Assembly: GCA_905178155.1 (NCBI GenBank)
Contig: CAJINV010000001.1
Coordinates: forward strand, 15,562,142-15,626,141
DNA: 64,000 nucleotides
Direction: 5' to 3'
Source of the DNA: Amoebophrya sp. A120
Taxonomy: Eukaryota; Protista; Dinoflagellata
Shown here: piece by piece, positions 36,338-48,923 of the stretch
Layout of the letters: each line of letters begins with the position of its first letter
Position numbering within the stretch: position 1 is the stretch's first letter
Made by a program: the position numbers and the translations under genes
Notes under the pieces: model-generated
Told to the model about the DNA's origin: nothing
Databases searched by the model: none
The model's input: only the letters and a program-made list of their open reading frames with translations

Positions 36338-39300
36338 ATGGGCGAGCTGACTGCAGCGCAGAAGCAAAACAAGAAGGAGAAGGCTGCGAAGGAAAAGGCT
36401 GCGAAGGAGAAAGCAGCAGCAGCAGCAACTTCTGGCGAGCCTGAGGGCGAACAGCAAACAGCCGGTGATGACGGAACCATCACGCCGAACCCGGGCAAGA
36501 AGAAAAAGAAGAAAAAGCAAAACACTTCTTCTACCGCCGACACCACTCTGACGCCGCAAACTGCGCCTAGCGTTGTGGCGAAGTTGTCGCAGATGGGAAA
36601 ACTGCTGGACGACTTGAAAGACGACAAGGGCGGCACTGTCGTTGCTGACCTCCGGAAGCAGCTCGAGGACGTCGCGAAGGAAGAACAACAGCGCGACGCG
36701 GATGCGAAGAAGCAGCTGCAGAAACCAGCCACGAAGACCAGTACGAAAAAGAAGAAACAGAAGAAACCGAAGCGGAAGGATTCCGATTCCGACATTCTGT
36801 CTTCTTCGGATTCCAGTGGTGGCAGCTGCGACGAAAACTCTTCTTCCGATTCCACAAGCGGTTCTGCGAGTTCCGAGGAGGACGAGAAACCGAAAAAGCG
36901 AAAGAAATCGTCGAACGAAAAAGACGAGAAGAAGATGGTCTTGTCGCAACTCCCGCTCTATCAAGATGACTCGTTACCGTTCACCGAGTACTTGTCGCTC
37001 GCGCAGGAGAAGTACAAGCCGAGCCGTATCCTGAAAGGGATTGAATCAAAAATCCAGCATACTACTACCCTGCGACAGTACTTAGCGGCGAAGAAGCGGA
37101 GGACAGTCCGCAAGGCGCATAACAGTTCGAAGCGCCTCCGGCGCATCATCAAGATCTTCCGGAACGAACTGCAAGACCCCGATGCAGGTATGGAGAAACT
37201 GGAAGATTGCAAGCAGGACCAGAACCAAAACCCACAGGAGTGGTATAAGAAGTTCTGCGAAGCTCTTGCTGAATTGCCTGAGGACAAACTGCCGTTCTCG
37301 GAAGTCGTCCGCTACGCCGAACGGAACGCGCAAAAGAACGTCAGGGGCATCATCGTCCAGGACAAACCGAGAAACGCGACGCAGCTGGCGGCTGCGATTG
37401 GCAAAGCGGAGAAGCTTTTCGGGAAGAAGAAGAAATCTGATGTCGCCTTCCCTGCCTTCCACGACCCGAAGGGCGGCCGCAAGCACAAAGGCGGTCGCCA
37501 TGGCAAGAAGGGTGGTGGCAAAGGCGGTAAGAAGGGCGGCAAGGGTGGTAAGCCCCGGAAGCCGTACAACCCGGACGCCTGGTGCGATTACTGCAACCGC
37601 GCCGGCCACTGGGAATCGGAGTGCCGTACCAAGCAGAATAACGACGGCGGCAAATCTGGGGCACCGGGGAAGCAGTACAACTCGTATGCAGCATCCGGCG
37701 ACCACAACAGCGGTGGACACCACCAACAGCATGGTGGATACCACCAGCAGCAGCAGCAGCAGGGGAACTACAACCAGTACGGTGCCCAGCACCAACAACA
37801 ACAAAATCCGTACCCCCCGCAGCAACTGCAACAACAGATGGTCCACCAACCGGCGAACCCGAACTACAACCAGCAGGGCGGATTTTTCTGTGCCGTGGCT
37901 GTCGAAATCTCCTGCCCCGACCACCCCCACAGTGCGTTTGCGACTCCCGCGACAGCAAACACGGTGGAGATGTTCTTGATGCTGGATTCTTGTGCGAGCA
38001 AGCACATGGCGGGACCGGTGCGGGTTCTGCATGAACTCGTGAAAGCGCCGGCAATGTCGTTTAGCACGGCAAACGGACCGACCACCAGTACTACCACGGG
38101 TTCTATCTGGTTGGAAACCTCACCGCCGATCAAGCTCCAGAACGTTGCCCACGTCCCTAGCCTCGGCAGCAGGGTGTTGCTGAGTTATCCGCTTTTGCGC
38201 AGAGCCGGTATCCCGATGTCCTTGGACAAGATGCAGTTCTTATCCTACGCGATCCAGCTCGTGGAAGGATGCACCCAGATCAAGCTCCCGGTGCGTATCA
38301 ACCACAAGGAACCGATCCAGACGGCGTTTGTAACCTGCAGCGAGGAACTCATGCAGGACTTGTGGCGCGCCACCCATGATTACTTTAATTCTTTGATTGG
38401 TTTCGATAGCTCTTTGCGTCTTCAGTTTTTCGAAATCGATTGCAAAAATCTCAGCACAAACGAGATAATCGCAGAAGTCGTTCACAACCGTCAAAAACGA
38501 CTTGCACTACTGGCGCCCATCATCAATGACGAGATCAAAGAAAAACTTCGTATTTTGTCAGCGTATCTCGATGAAAAAGTAGTAGTGCTTGATGGCCCGA
38601 GTCACCACCAGCATCGGACATTTGAAATCAAAGACGACGATGTCAGGTGGCTTGCATCTTGTGCCTACTCTTTTCCCGCGCCAGAGGTTCCACCAGAGGA
38701 CCAATCGCATGAGCCTGAGCCTGCTGCATCTTCGGGCCCCACGTCTTCACACGCGCAACAAGAAGATCGTGGCCAGGATGCAACCCGCAGCGCCTCAAGC
38801 GATTCTGAAAATGCCGACCGCTCTGAGCTACCTACTTCGGATCATCTTGGCTCTGAGCAGCCCAAGGCCAAAAAGAAGAAAAAGGCCAAGAACAAAAAGC
38901 GCAAAAAGGCCGACCAGGACCAGGACCAACCAAAGCGAACGCGCCCGGCGAAGAAGTTCAGGCGAACAGATTCGACCGAGGCCCCGGCTTTCGAGCAAAT
39001 TAGTTATGAAAAGATATGCCAGCTTGGCGCTTGCCTTTTTATGCCTACTTTCCAAAAGTTGTGGGAAATTGTCCGAACGCTTGACAACTCCCAGCGCTCC
39101 AGAAGTATGGTTATTCACTTCTGCAAGCACAACTTGACGCGCCTTAAGACCCATGCCTTTCCCCACCATAAAGTCGGAGGAGTTGAAGCCAATTCTTTGT
39201 CCGACTGGTGCGCCTTAGATACGTTTTTTCCGTTAGGTAAGGAGTTTAGCGTGCTACATGGGATCAACATCCATTCCCGCGCCAGCACCACCACAACTTT

Positions 39301-42280
39301 CAAACGAGCAGTCAAGATGCAGGACACTGCTGATTTTTTAGAGTACTTGAAAACTGTTGGCATGATGGGCAAGAACATTCTTTGCGACCAAGGCAAGGAG
39401 TTTGACAACATAAAAGTGCGCGAATGGTGCCAGCTGTATGGCATTCAGCTTTTCCTGACGCCTAAGGCTTCTTGGGTGAATGGAACTTGCGAGCGCCGCC
39501 ATCGTCTTTTGCGTGCTGTTTTGCATCGTCTTTATTACGTTTATGGCCAAAAGAGTTCTATCATCCCGCGCCTGGTACAACAAGCAACAAACGCGGTTAA
39601 CATGACGCCCACCGCTGCGCTTGACGGGCTTGCGCCTGCGCAGGTGCAGTGGGTCATAAATCCGATTAAGCTCGAGCCTAATTTTGTAGAAGATTTGACA
39701 GAGCAGCAAGCAGTTTTAGTCAACGAGCAAAGTCCTGAGTCCGATTACAAAATCCGTTGTAGGGCCCGTGCTCTGGTCGAAGAGCTGAAGCACGACAGAC
39801 AGCTTGTAGATGAGACGCGGAAGCTGAGGGAACTTCAGCGCAATTTTTATCATGAATCCGACGAGTGCAAAGTTGGAGAATTGGTAGAAATTTTCGACAA
39901 GGACAAAGAAGCATGGTTAGGTCCCTGCACCTTAATCCATCGCCAAGTGAACAACAACTCAGTCACTTTCGTTGTGGATCATGATGGCAGGTATCGCCGT
40001 TCGCATGCGTCTCACGTACGTAGGCACCTGACGGCCACTGCTATGACTTTTCCACCCATGTTACTCAAAAGCCTCTACAAAACGCACAACGTCCCTGATA
40101 GCCATCCGGACACGCCCCAGGGCGAATTTCTCGACGAAGAGACAACCATCAAAATAGTTCCGGATGGTAATGCGAAGGTCGCACCAAAAACCCTCGATGC
40201 AGCTGACAGCATCAAAGCCGACCCAAAATCGAGCACCGATGCCCCCGCCGCATCAAGTAGCAGCGCAAGCTCGTCATCTCGTGAACCTGACACGCTCCCG
40301 CCGCCTGGCAACGGTGGCCCGGCTGTCTCACTTGATGTTGCACCCATCGAACTAGAGAAAAAGTTCCGTCTTACCAAGGACTACTATCAGGGCGTTTTCG
40401 ACAAACTCAAATCTGAAGAGGTGCAGCGCGTACGCCAGTTGATCGCGACAACTGAAACAGCGCCGGTGCGTGGCGCTTGGATAAAACGCAACGAACAACG
40501 TGAGAAAACGCTACTCACAGTGCGCGCGTTAATCGATGCTCAGCCCGAGTATTCGCATTTGAAAGAAGCACAAAAGCACAAAGTCGCTTCTGACATCGCA
40601 GAACGATGCCGACAGCTCAACATCAACGACATTAACGACAATACGCTTGCAGCCATGCTTGCGCCCCTCATTTGTGCTGACTGGGAGCCTGGTGAAGTTT
40701 GCTACAAAGCTATCGCTGTCCCTGATCACAAGTCTGGTTTTGACACTACAGAGCCCGCTTGGAAAGAAGCCATTTCTAAAGAAGTCAAAGCACATTCTCA
40801 CGTATTCAGGCCTGCTACACCTGAAGAAGTCGAACGGTTCAAACGCAGCGGCAGCAGAGCAGTACCCTGCAAAATGTTGCTTAGTGTAAAGCGCTGCGGC
40901 AAACGTAAGGCCCGGATCGTATGCTTAGGCTTTCTGGACAAAATGTCTGGGAACCAGAAGTATGCTACTGTGCCTGATTTAAGTATTTTGCGTATGTTGC
41001 TTTGTATGAAAGTTCAGTCACCTAGGATGTTTGCATTCCCTTCCGACGCTACTTCAGCCTTTTTGCAAGCAAAGTACCCAGTTCCGGTCGTGATCGATCT
41101 CGATCAGCGATTGCAAAACGAGCTAGGCTACCGCCTTGGTGTGGTAGAATACGCCATGAATGGCCTGCGCCTTAGTTCCCGCGCCTGGGAAGACCACCGC
41201 GATGCCGTTCTTGTCAAACAAGAATGGAAGCGCAACCCCATCGAGGCCACTCTCTGGACTCGTGCCGGTGTTTTGTTGTTAGTATTTGTAGATAATTTTT
41301 GGTTTTTCGGTGACAAGGAAGAAGTTTTGAAGTACCACGAAGAACTTAAGCCCGCGCTAAAGTTACAACCCGAAGAGGTTCGCGACGAAGGTACGCACCT
41401 CGTCTACGATGTCCTTGGCATCGAAGCCCGCGAAAACAAAAAGACCGGCGACATGGTCTTGAACCAAGACAAATACGTGCAGAAAATTCTTGATCGCTTT
41501 GGCGGTGACACAGGTCGCAACACTTCCACGCCAATGGATGCGCCTCCTGATGTCTCTGCGCCTGAAGTGCCTGAATTAGTCAAAACCAAGCAAGAACTAA
41601 CTGGCTCCTTACAGTATTTGTGTCAAACCAGGATGGACATAGTCGTAGCTTTAAAGATGTGCGCCCGCGTGAAAGCTACTCCCGAGTGCATTTTGGCACT
41701 CAAGCGCATCGTGCGCTACTTACGGACCCGCCGAGGTCTCCGATACAAAAACCGAAGTGAAAAGTTTGGAGATCGTCTTATCCTCACCGCGTGGAGCGAC
41801 TCCGACTGGGCTAGTTTCGGAGATAGAAAGTCTAATTCCGGCGTAGTGATCTGTCTGAACGGAAATGCCATCGCATGGCGTTGCGCAAGTCAAAACAGCG
41901 TTAGTTCTAGCGTTTCTGAAGCTGAGCTCTATGGCATGAGCGAAGCCGCGAAAATGGTTTTACGTTTTCACTATTGTCTTGAATCTTTGCGCCCGTTTTG
42001 GAAAAAGTTCTTTGCATCACACAGCCTTTTACTGCCTATTCAACTTGGATGTGACAACTCCAGCGCAATTTCGTATACTGAAAACCAAAACGGCACCAAA
42101 AGCGCTTTGAAACATATCGACATCCGTGGCATGCAGATGCGCGATTTGCAAGAGAAACAACTTATCAAGTGCGTTTATCACTCGACCAAGATTAACAAGT
42201 CAAACGGTTTGACTAAGACTTGTCCTCCTATCGAGTTTCGTGCATTTCTCGAACTAAACGACATAATCGAGTTGGATTAA
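36338..42280 (+). CDS. Copia Gag-Pol polyprotein (1980 aa)
   Basis: Zn knuckle CDYCNRAGHWESEC; protease LDSCASKHM; integrase LDTF/CDQGKEF/NGTCERRHR; RT SDATSAFL, AMNGLRLSSRAW, LVFVDNF; RNase H SDSDWA, SEAEL, CDNSSAI, KHIDIR. Confidence 0.96.
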   Translation: MGELTAAQKQNKKEKAAKEKAAKEKAAAAATSGEPEGEQQTAGDDGTITPNPGKKKKKKKQNTSSTADTTLTPQTAPSVVAKLSQMGKLLDDLKDDKGGTVVADLRKQLEDVAKEEQQRDADAKKQLQKPATKTSTKKKKQKKPKRKDSDSDILSSSDSSGGSCDENSSSDSTSGSASSEEDEKPKKRKKSSNEKDEKKMVLSQLPLYQDDSLPFTEYLSLAQEKYKPSRILKGIESKIQHTTTLRQYLAAKKRRTVRKAHNSSKRLRRIIKIFRNELQDPDAGMEKLEDCKQDQNQNPQEWYKKFCEALAELPEDKLPFSEVVRYAERNAQKNVRGIIVQDKPRNATQLAAAIGKAEKLFGKKKKSDVAFPAFHDPKGGRKHKGGRHGKKGGGKGGKKGGKGGKPRKPYNPDAWCDYCNRAGHWESECRTKQNNDGGKSGAPGKQYNSYAASGDHNSGGHHQQHGGYHQQQQQQGNYNQYGAQHQQQQNPYPPQQLQQQMVHQPANPNYNQQGGFFCAVAVEISCPDHPHSAFATPATANTVEMFLMLDSCASKHMAGPVRVLHELVKAPAMSFSTANGPTTSTTTGSIWLETSPPIKLQNVAHVPSLGSRVLLSYPLLRRAGIPMSLDKMQFLSYAIQLVEGCTQIKLPVRINHKEPIQTAFVTCSEELMQDLWRATHDYFNSLIGFDSSLRLQFFEIDCKNLSTNEIIAEVVHNRQKRLALLAPIINDEIKEKLRILSAYLDEKVVVLDGPSHHQHRTFEIKDDDVRWLASCAYSFPAPEVPPEDQSHEPEPAASSGPTSSHAQQEDRGQDATRSASSDSENADRSELPTSDHLGSEQPKAKKKKKAKNKKRKKADQDQDQPKRTRPAKKFRRTDSTEAPAFEQISYEKICQLGACLFMPTFQKLWEIVRTLDNSQRSRSMVIHFCKHNLTRLKTHAFPHHKVGGVEANSLSDWCALDTFFPLGKEFSVLHGINIHSRASTTTTFKRAVKMQDTADFLEYLKTVGMMGKNILCDQGKEFDNIKVREWCQLYGIQLFLTPKASWVNGTCERRHRLLRAVLHRLYYVYGQKSSIIPRLVQQATNAVNMTPTAALDGLAPAQVQWVINPIKLEPNFVEDLTEQQAVLVNEQSPESDYKIRCRARALVEELKHDRQLVDETRKLRELQRNFYHESDECKVGELVEIFDKDKEAWLGPCTLIHRQVNNNSVTFVVDHDGRYRRSHASHVRRHLTATAMTFPPMLLKSLYKTHNVPDSHPDTPQGEFLDEETTIKIVPDGNAKVAPKTLDAADSIKADPKSSTDAPAASSSSASSSSREPDTLPPPGNGGPAVSLDVAPIELEKKFRLTKDYYQGVFDKLKSEEVQRVRQLIATTETAPVRGAWIKRNEQREKTLLTVRALIDAQPEYSHLKEAQKHKVASDIAERCRQLNINDINDNTLAAMLAPLICADWEPGEVCYKAIAVPDHKSGFDTTEPAWKEAISKEVKAHSHVFRPATPEEVERFKRSGSRAVPCKMLLSVKRCGKRKARIVCLGFLDKMSGNQKYATVPDLSILRMLLCMKVQSPRMFAFPSDATSAFLQAKYPVPVVIDLDQRLQNELGYRLGVVEYAMNGLRLSSRAWEDHRDAVLVKQEWKRNPIEATLWTRAGVLLLVFVDNFWFFGDKEEVLKYHEELKPALKLQPEEVRDEGTHLVYDVLGIEARENKKTGDMVLNQDKYVQKILDRFGGDTGRNTSTPMDAPPDVSAPEVPELVKTKQELTGSLQYLCQTRMDIVVALKMCARVKATPECILALKRIVRYLRTRRGLRYKNRSEKFGDRLILTAWSDSDWASFGDRKSNSGVVICLNGNAIAWRCASQNSVSSSVSEAELYGMSEAAKMVLRFHYCLESLRPFWKKFFASHSLLLPIQLGCDNSSAISYTENQNGTKSALKHIDIRGMQMRDLQEKQLIKCVYHSTKINKSNGLTKTCPPIEFRAFLELNDIIELD

Positions 42281-42528
42281 CCGAAAACGTTCCGAGTATG
42301 AAAAACACCACAGACCGCCAGCAACCCTAACTGGACACCAACGAACGAACGAACGAACGCGAAGAAATTCGGCGCAAGGGGGACTGCTGATGACTATCGA
42401 AGAGAGTTTTATTATGCACCAAATTTATTCGCTTCCATTTACGCCTGCATTCATTTTTCGCAAGTCTCGCAAAGACTATAAACAAAGAACCTGCAATACA
42501 GATTTTATTTTTTGACTTTGGATTTGGA

Positions 42529-42538
42529 GTGAGGGGGA
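42529..42538 (+). promoter_or_regulatory. Polypurine tract
   Basis: GTGAGGGGGA ending one base before the 3' LTR. Confidence 0.7.
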
Positions 42539-42539
42539 C

Positions 42540-42903
42540 TATGACACATAAATCATCAACCAACGATAAGAACCTTGATCCACTCCAAAGATCCAAAGCA
42601 CACCTAAACGGGCACGATCGTCACTAATTCAATTCTACTAGAGTAAGATGACTACTGAACCTGAAACAGGCTAAGACGGGCACGAACGTCACGGCAAGAA
42701 TAGTGAAGGTTCCCGAGTGCCCCAGTTTTGCCTGGGCACGCAGTACCATCGACCTTTACTCTTCCAATGAACCCCAGGGCCCTTGATGCCAGTCAAGGCA
42801 CACACACAAATAATCTCTCATGCATATTTGTACCACCTCAACTAGGTGTTGTTTTTACTCGTAGTGGGTTCGACCTCGTCGTTGGTTAGTTCGCATCTTC
42901 ACA
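42540..42903 (+). repeat. 3' LTR
   Basis: Direct repeat of 35855-36218, followed by GATGG. Confidence 0.95.
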
Positions 42904-43504
42904 GATGGCGAACTAGTAGTGTAATAGATGGAGGTGCGAGTAGAGCTGTCTTCTGTGTATGATATCCAAAATCAAAAACGAATGACGCCATCGAGCTGCG
43001 AATTTTGCAAGACTGCTGCAGGTGCAGCTGCACGTGGCAGCACGCTTGTTCCTCGCCTGTGGCGTTCATGGACCTATTTTCTCTTGGAAGCTAGCTTTGC
43101 CGCATCGGATGACTATTGTTCGTCCGCCCAATGGTCTCTGCATTAGCATTTCCACATGCTGAGAAATATTATAAAGGACTCAGCAGTAGTTCATTTTAAT
43201 TTAGGAGAGAACGACGAGTCGAGCGACTTTGAGAATAGACAAGAGAAACAGCAGTAGTAGCTTCTGAAAGTGCTGCGGCCTGTCCCTGTGACTTACGGCT
43301 CCTTATGCAACTACACTAAAGTTCAAGTTCTATCATGTTGACTACTAGCTGGTCCTCGACCTCGAGCCAACGACCGGCGAAGGTCTATCACGACTACTAC
43401 TACTACTAGCTGGCTAGATCTACAAAAAAATCTTGAAAAGTCTTCTGCGCGCGGCCTTCTATCTTGTATCACGAACAAGATCTTCAAACTCTCTCGTTAC
43501 AACA

Positions 43505-46500
43505 ATGCGAGCGTTGTTGTCTCGGAGGCGCGAGCCTCAGTTTGCGGATGGTCGGCACCGCAGTTCAAACGCCGACGGAGCTGAGAACAGCGTACCTAGT
43601 GAAACCACTTCAAAATCCGCCTCTGGTATTGCAAGCAGCCCAAGTGGCCAGCAGCAGGACGACGAGGTCGAGGACGATGATGAAAGTGAAGACAGCAGCA
43701 AACAGGAGCAATCACATTCTCAATCGCAATCGTCGTATTCCCAGTCCCAGAAGTCGCAAAAATCCGGACAAGAAAAAGGCAACGCAGGTAAAGAAGAAGA
43801 CGATGGTGTCGTGGTTGATCTATTGGGCGGCTCAAACTCGAATCCAATAAATGCTCTGGACCAAGCGTTCGGCGAAGATTCCTCTGCATCATCCTCTTCG
43901 TCTGCCAGCAAAAGTAACAGCAAGCAGAGCAGCGGCCATATACCACGGAGCGGCGGCGGCGGCAGCAGTGGCAGCAGCAGTCGTATGACGTCGAAGGACC
44001 GCAACCCAGATGACGAAGTAGAAGAGTCGTCCTCCCGTAAACATGCTGCTTCAAAGGGTAATGGAAGTGCAAGTGCCTTGGATCTTGAGAATGATTCGAT
44101 GTCCGTTCCGTCGAGCAGTAAGGGACGCAGCGGTCTTGCGTCCCCTAGAGATGCTCCGGAGGGCGAGTGCATCCCTGGTCTGTTCAGAAGCAAGGCAAAA
44201 GAGGAAACAGCCGATGAGCAAGTGGCCAAGAACGCGGATATGAAGCCCGATGCTACCGCTTCAGTCACCAATACTAGACAGCAGTTTGTGCAGAGTGGCG
44301 GCGCAAAGAGTCCTTTCGATCCAGTCACGGGACCGTCTCTGACGGTAACAGACGGAGCTACGGCTGGGCTGCAACAAGCGCAGCTACAACCTGTTCAAGG
44401 GACTGGTGGCGCTTCGTCTTCCTCCGCAGCTGCGCCTCGGAGAAGCCAAAAAAGCGTTACCTTAAGCGCGAACGATGCGGAAGATGGTGCCGGCGGCACG
44501 ACAAGCGGGAATAGGAGAAGGAGCAGCTTGTACCGGCAAGCGACTCCAGCAGTGCGGAAATCGCAGCAGGCAGGAGCTGGTGCGGGATTTTCCTCAGGAG
44601 TTGTTGCGCAACGTGTACTGCAGAATGACGATGACAGTGGACACGGTGACCAGCAGGAGGAGACATCAGACCCGACAACTCTCCGGACCAGCGCTCTGTA
44701 CGATCGATCCCCCGCAGCTGACCAAACTCTAGCATCTAGCCGCGCGCGCTTCGTTGCGCGCATAGTTTTCAAAAAGAACCTGCAGCTGCTTTTCAATTAC
44801 CTGCTTGCGTGGCGCGGCCTGACACTGCGGATGAGCCGGCGACGCCCGGGCTTGCAACCCCGAGTGGACCACACCGGGGCTGTGCAGACCCGCAGACCGC
44901 GAGGCACACCACCGGTCTCCTCGTTTTCACGACCGCCGACCCAGGACACGAGCAAGCCCGAGCGTATGCGGGTGCACTTCTCGCACGTGCTGGAGAACAT
45001 TGGCCGGCTGCTGTACCAAATGCTGCTGGAGCGGCGCGTGAGCGACATGTTTCACTTTTGGCGTGCGGAAACGGCGCAGCGGCGCTTTCTGCAGGCTCGC
45101 GTCACGGCGGAGGAGGCGACGGCCAAATTTCAAGCGGCGGTTCGCAAGCTCGCCGCGGTCGAAACGGAGCTGAAGGCCACCCGGGGCTCGATGCCGCAAC
45201 TGTGCGCCGAGCTGCAGGAAAGGGTCGCGCTTCTGGAGTGGAATTACGTCGGCGAAGTGAACTCGTTGTGCGAGAAGCACGCCGCGAACTTGAACGCGGT
45301 AAAGCGAGAACAGGAGGAAATGCTTCGCACAAAAAAGCAAGCCGTGACCACTTTGCACACGATGGAACAAGAGAAGCAGCTCTTGGAGAGCGAAGTTCGG
45401 GAACTGCGCCGCGGTGCGGGCATATTCAATCCCGGCGGGGGGCTTTCTACGCGGGCATTTTCATCGTCGTCCGGTCTCAATAAAAACAACAAAGGCAGCG
45501 CGTCTGGTGCTGGCGCGCCGGACAGCCCACTTTGCCCGTTCACACAGGACACGTGCCCCGATGGGAATGCCTGTCCGGTGCACCATTCGCAAATGCTCCG
45601 AGTAGTGCGCAACGGCGGAGTCGGAACGTTGCGCGACATGCAGGCTGGAGGCTCGAGTTCCTCGAGTAGTCCATTGGACACGACGTTGCTGCCCCCGGGG
45701 AATAGAATGGCACGGGAAAACTCCTTGACGCGCCGGGCGGAAGTGCTCGCTTTCCGCGATGGCACTCGGGCGATAGAGGAAGAAATGCAGGAAGAGAAGG
45801 TAGTTTTTTTCGTCACGTTCGTACAACTACCTTGTTTGGACTTCTTGGTAAGAACAAGCTCGTATGTATTGGCTGTTTCGACTTTTTCCGTGCTCATCTC
45901 AAGCATATTTTCTACCGGTACGCCGGAAGAAAAATATACCTTCCAACCCACGAATGACAAAATAAAAGAACAAAACCGAAACAGCCTCCAAAGTCCCCGG
46001 CGCAGCAGCGGCTCGAGACGCTCGGCGATGTTCCGGGCTCGCCGCGCCGCGTCCGCGACGACATACGCGAGAAAATCTTGGTGCGACACGAGGGCGCTCG
46101 CGAGGAATACGTCGCAGGTGTAAAGCAGCGAATGAAGGAGCACGACCCAAACGTGGACGACTACGACGTTGATGCACTACCGGTCAGTGCACCGAGAAGC
46201 GCAGTTCATTCTCCGTCTTCAAAAACGCGGAATGTCCGGCCGAGCACATTCGAGCTGGATGGTAAATCGCACTTTTCTCCAACGGGTAGAGGTAGAAATA
46301 ATCGGAGACGGTACCACGTGGAAGAGGACGTTTTCCGTGGCCTGCTGCAACAGCAGCAGGAGGAGCAGCGGCAGGTTCGCTTAGCAAGTGAGCGCGAAGA
46401 CGGCGACGCCAGGTCCTCACGAAACGCCAGCGGCGACCTCTTGGAAGTTGCGATCGGCGACATGCATCGTGCTTTGCGGGACGGACAGAAGGTCATGCGC

Positions 46501-48200
46501 TCGAATCCGTCAAGTCCAGGCATCTCCACCTCTCAACATGTGCAGCAGCAGCAAAACTTGTACCAGAAAGGCAGTAGGGGTCCGTCACCGAACAGTCAAC
46601 AACAACACAACAAGCTCTCCCTTTCTTCGATGCGGGCTGTGGAGGGAAATTTTCCGGGGGGCGCGATGCAGGAAGTCTACGCAAGGAAAGTAAATCGAAA
46701 GCTGGACGCCTTCGGGGAAACGGGGTTCTTGGCGGCTTCCGACATCGAGAATCAGGTGGACACACAAACCGTCTACCAGGTGAACTGGCAAGAATCCCGC
46801 GAGGGGTCGCCCGCACGAGAATTAGACGGAGTTGGTGCACCTGTTGAAAACGGCGAGGATGTAGGCGGGGAGAATGACCAGATCATGATGTCTCAGCGTG
46901 CCGCGCAGCTCACCAACTCCGGGGTGTCGCGCTCGAGAGCCTCGAGCGGCGGCCTGGAGCTGTCCTCTGCGGGAGCCTCCTCTGCGCGAAACAGTCGAAC
47001 GCAAATTTCCCTGAAGAGCCACGCGCATCAGCTGCAAAATCGGAGGCTGCTGGAGGAGCAGCGGAAGATGGAACAGCAGCAGATGCAGCGCAGACCACCG
47101 TCCCCGTCACCACCACAGATGACAGGAGATCCTGGACGAGGCCCAGTTGGGACAACTGCAGCAGGATCCTCAAGAGGTAGACAGTACGAACAAAACCGTC
47201 CTCCTGGGACTACGAACACGCAACCCGCCCCTCTTGTCGACAGCGACGTACGTGCCGAAATTCTGGCCAAGGCTCGCGAAGCGCGGAAGAAGAATTTCGC
47301 GCAACAGCAGTCCCGCATCGACAGTAAGGAGCCAGCGTCTCCAACTGGTGTGGACCGGAAAACCAAGCCGATGCTGTTTTACCCTCACGTTTCTGGAGGG
47401 GGTGACGTCCTCGTTGGTAGCAAAACTACTGCTGGTGGCGGTGATCTCTCACTGCAAGATCACCCGCCTCAAGTTTTACCTCAACAGGCCCCCGTGGTCA
47501 AAAAAACACATACAAATCCGCACTCATTGAAGGAACATCAGCAACTGTTGCTGGAGATCGAAGAGTCGCCGAATAACGGCACGAACGGCGTCGCTGCCGA
47601 ACTCCCAGGAGCAGCTGCAAGTGCAGCTTCCCAGCCCATCGAGGACATGTTTGTGAACGAAGACGGGGAGAAGTTGTTTCAAATCGAACACAAACCGGAT
47701 GAGGACGTGTGGGACTTCAGTGGCGTCCGGAAATACCTCCGCGACACCGACCGCTTCGTTGAGGAGTATTCCCACTTATTTCCCGGGCTGACGGAAAATG
47801 TGAACGCTCTGGAGCACCGGAAGCTCGTCGGAGCACGCGCTGCGTCAAAGACGTCGGGCGGCGCTGGAGGAGCGGGTGGAGGTCCTGGAGCGCAACAGAA
47901 TCAGGGCAGGTAAGGTTAAGAGTGAAGTAGAAAACAAGGCGATAAAAGTTGTATGCGCAAATTTGTAGTTTTGATGATGTTGACGATGTTGATGAAGACG
48001 ACGAAGCTGTAGGCACAGGACCGATAACCCCAGCGCTTCATCCTTCCCCGACGACCACGACGATGGAAATCACATTCAGGTCGGCTTCTGCCGTGGGACC
48101 GAGCAAGGGCTTTACCGCAATCGCGCCTCAAGCCGGAGCACCGTCCTCACGAGGCGGAATGCGCATACCCATAGCAATACCACCCGAATTCGACTTCTGA
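43505..48200 (+). CDS. Large low-complexity/coiled-coil hypothetical protein, multi-exon
   Basis: ORFs 43433-46123 and 46078-47913 can be joined by GT-AG intron 45800-45984; coiled-coil segment near 45080-45410; possible last exon to 48200. Confidence 0.6.
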
Positions 48201-48923
48201 GCGTGCACCTGAAGGGGCTGAAAGAAAGGGGATCGCTGCGTTATCAGCCTACTCTCATCTGCAACTCGCAAACCAAAGAAACTTCTTTGATACTGGTTAA
48301 GTTTGAGACGCGGCGAGGGCGACATCGCAGCCGTGCTCGTGCATGAGATTGCTGCACATTTGTTGTTCATTCGTGCAGCTTTCCACGGTGGAACGGCAAC
48401 AGCGATGTGCTGAAAAACAAGAGGAAAAGAAGAAGATCTAGCACTATTTTTTCTCCCTGAGCCTAAGTGCACTTGCGCGATACTGCGACGCCGACATGCA
48501 AGGAAAGATCTGGATTTTTTCTCATCCCTTTTTATTCTGGTTTTTCTTCTTTTGCAGTCTCTCACGATCATTGATCACGCTTATGCGACGCTCTTTTTTC
48601 GATAGCGCACCGGCCCCACTGAGGACACGACTGTCACTACGATTTTTTCCAAGCAGCAACAACCATGTGCCTCCGACTAGATCTTTAAGTAAGTAAGTAG
48701 ACGTAGAAAAGACGACAAATCACAGTGACAGACAGAGAGTTTAGTTCTGATTTTTTGATTTTCTTTTTCTCAGCCTGGAAAGAAATTGAAATAACAAGTG
48801 AGTGTAGTCGTCCAAGCTCAATTTCATTTCTTGAGCACGGTATCTCGTACGTTTTGGTTTTTTATTACGTTTGTGTTAGGAGTCTCCGTGCGTAGGCTAA
48901 GCTACGAAGAACGCTCAACCAAA

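Larger units (their letters stand above)
35855..42903 (+). mobile_element. Full-length Ty1/copia LTR retrotransposon
   Basis: 364-bp LTRs at 35855-36218 and 42540-42903; target duplication GATGG at 35850-35854 and 42904-42908; primer site, purine tract and a single gag-pol ORF in PR-IN-RT-RH order. Confidence 0.97.
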
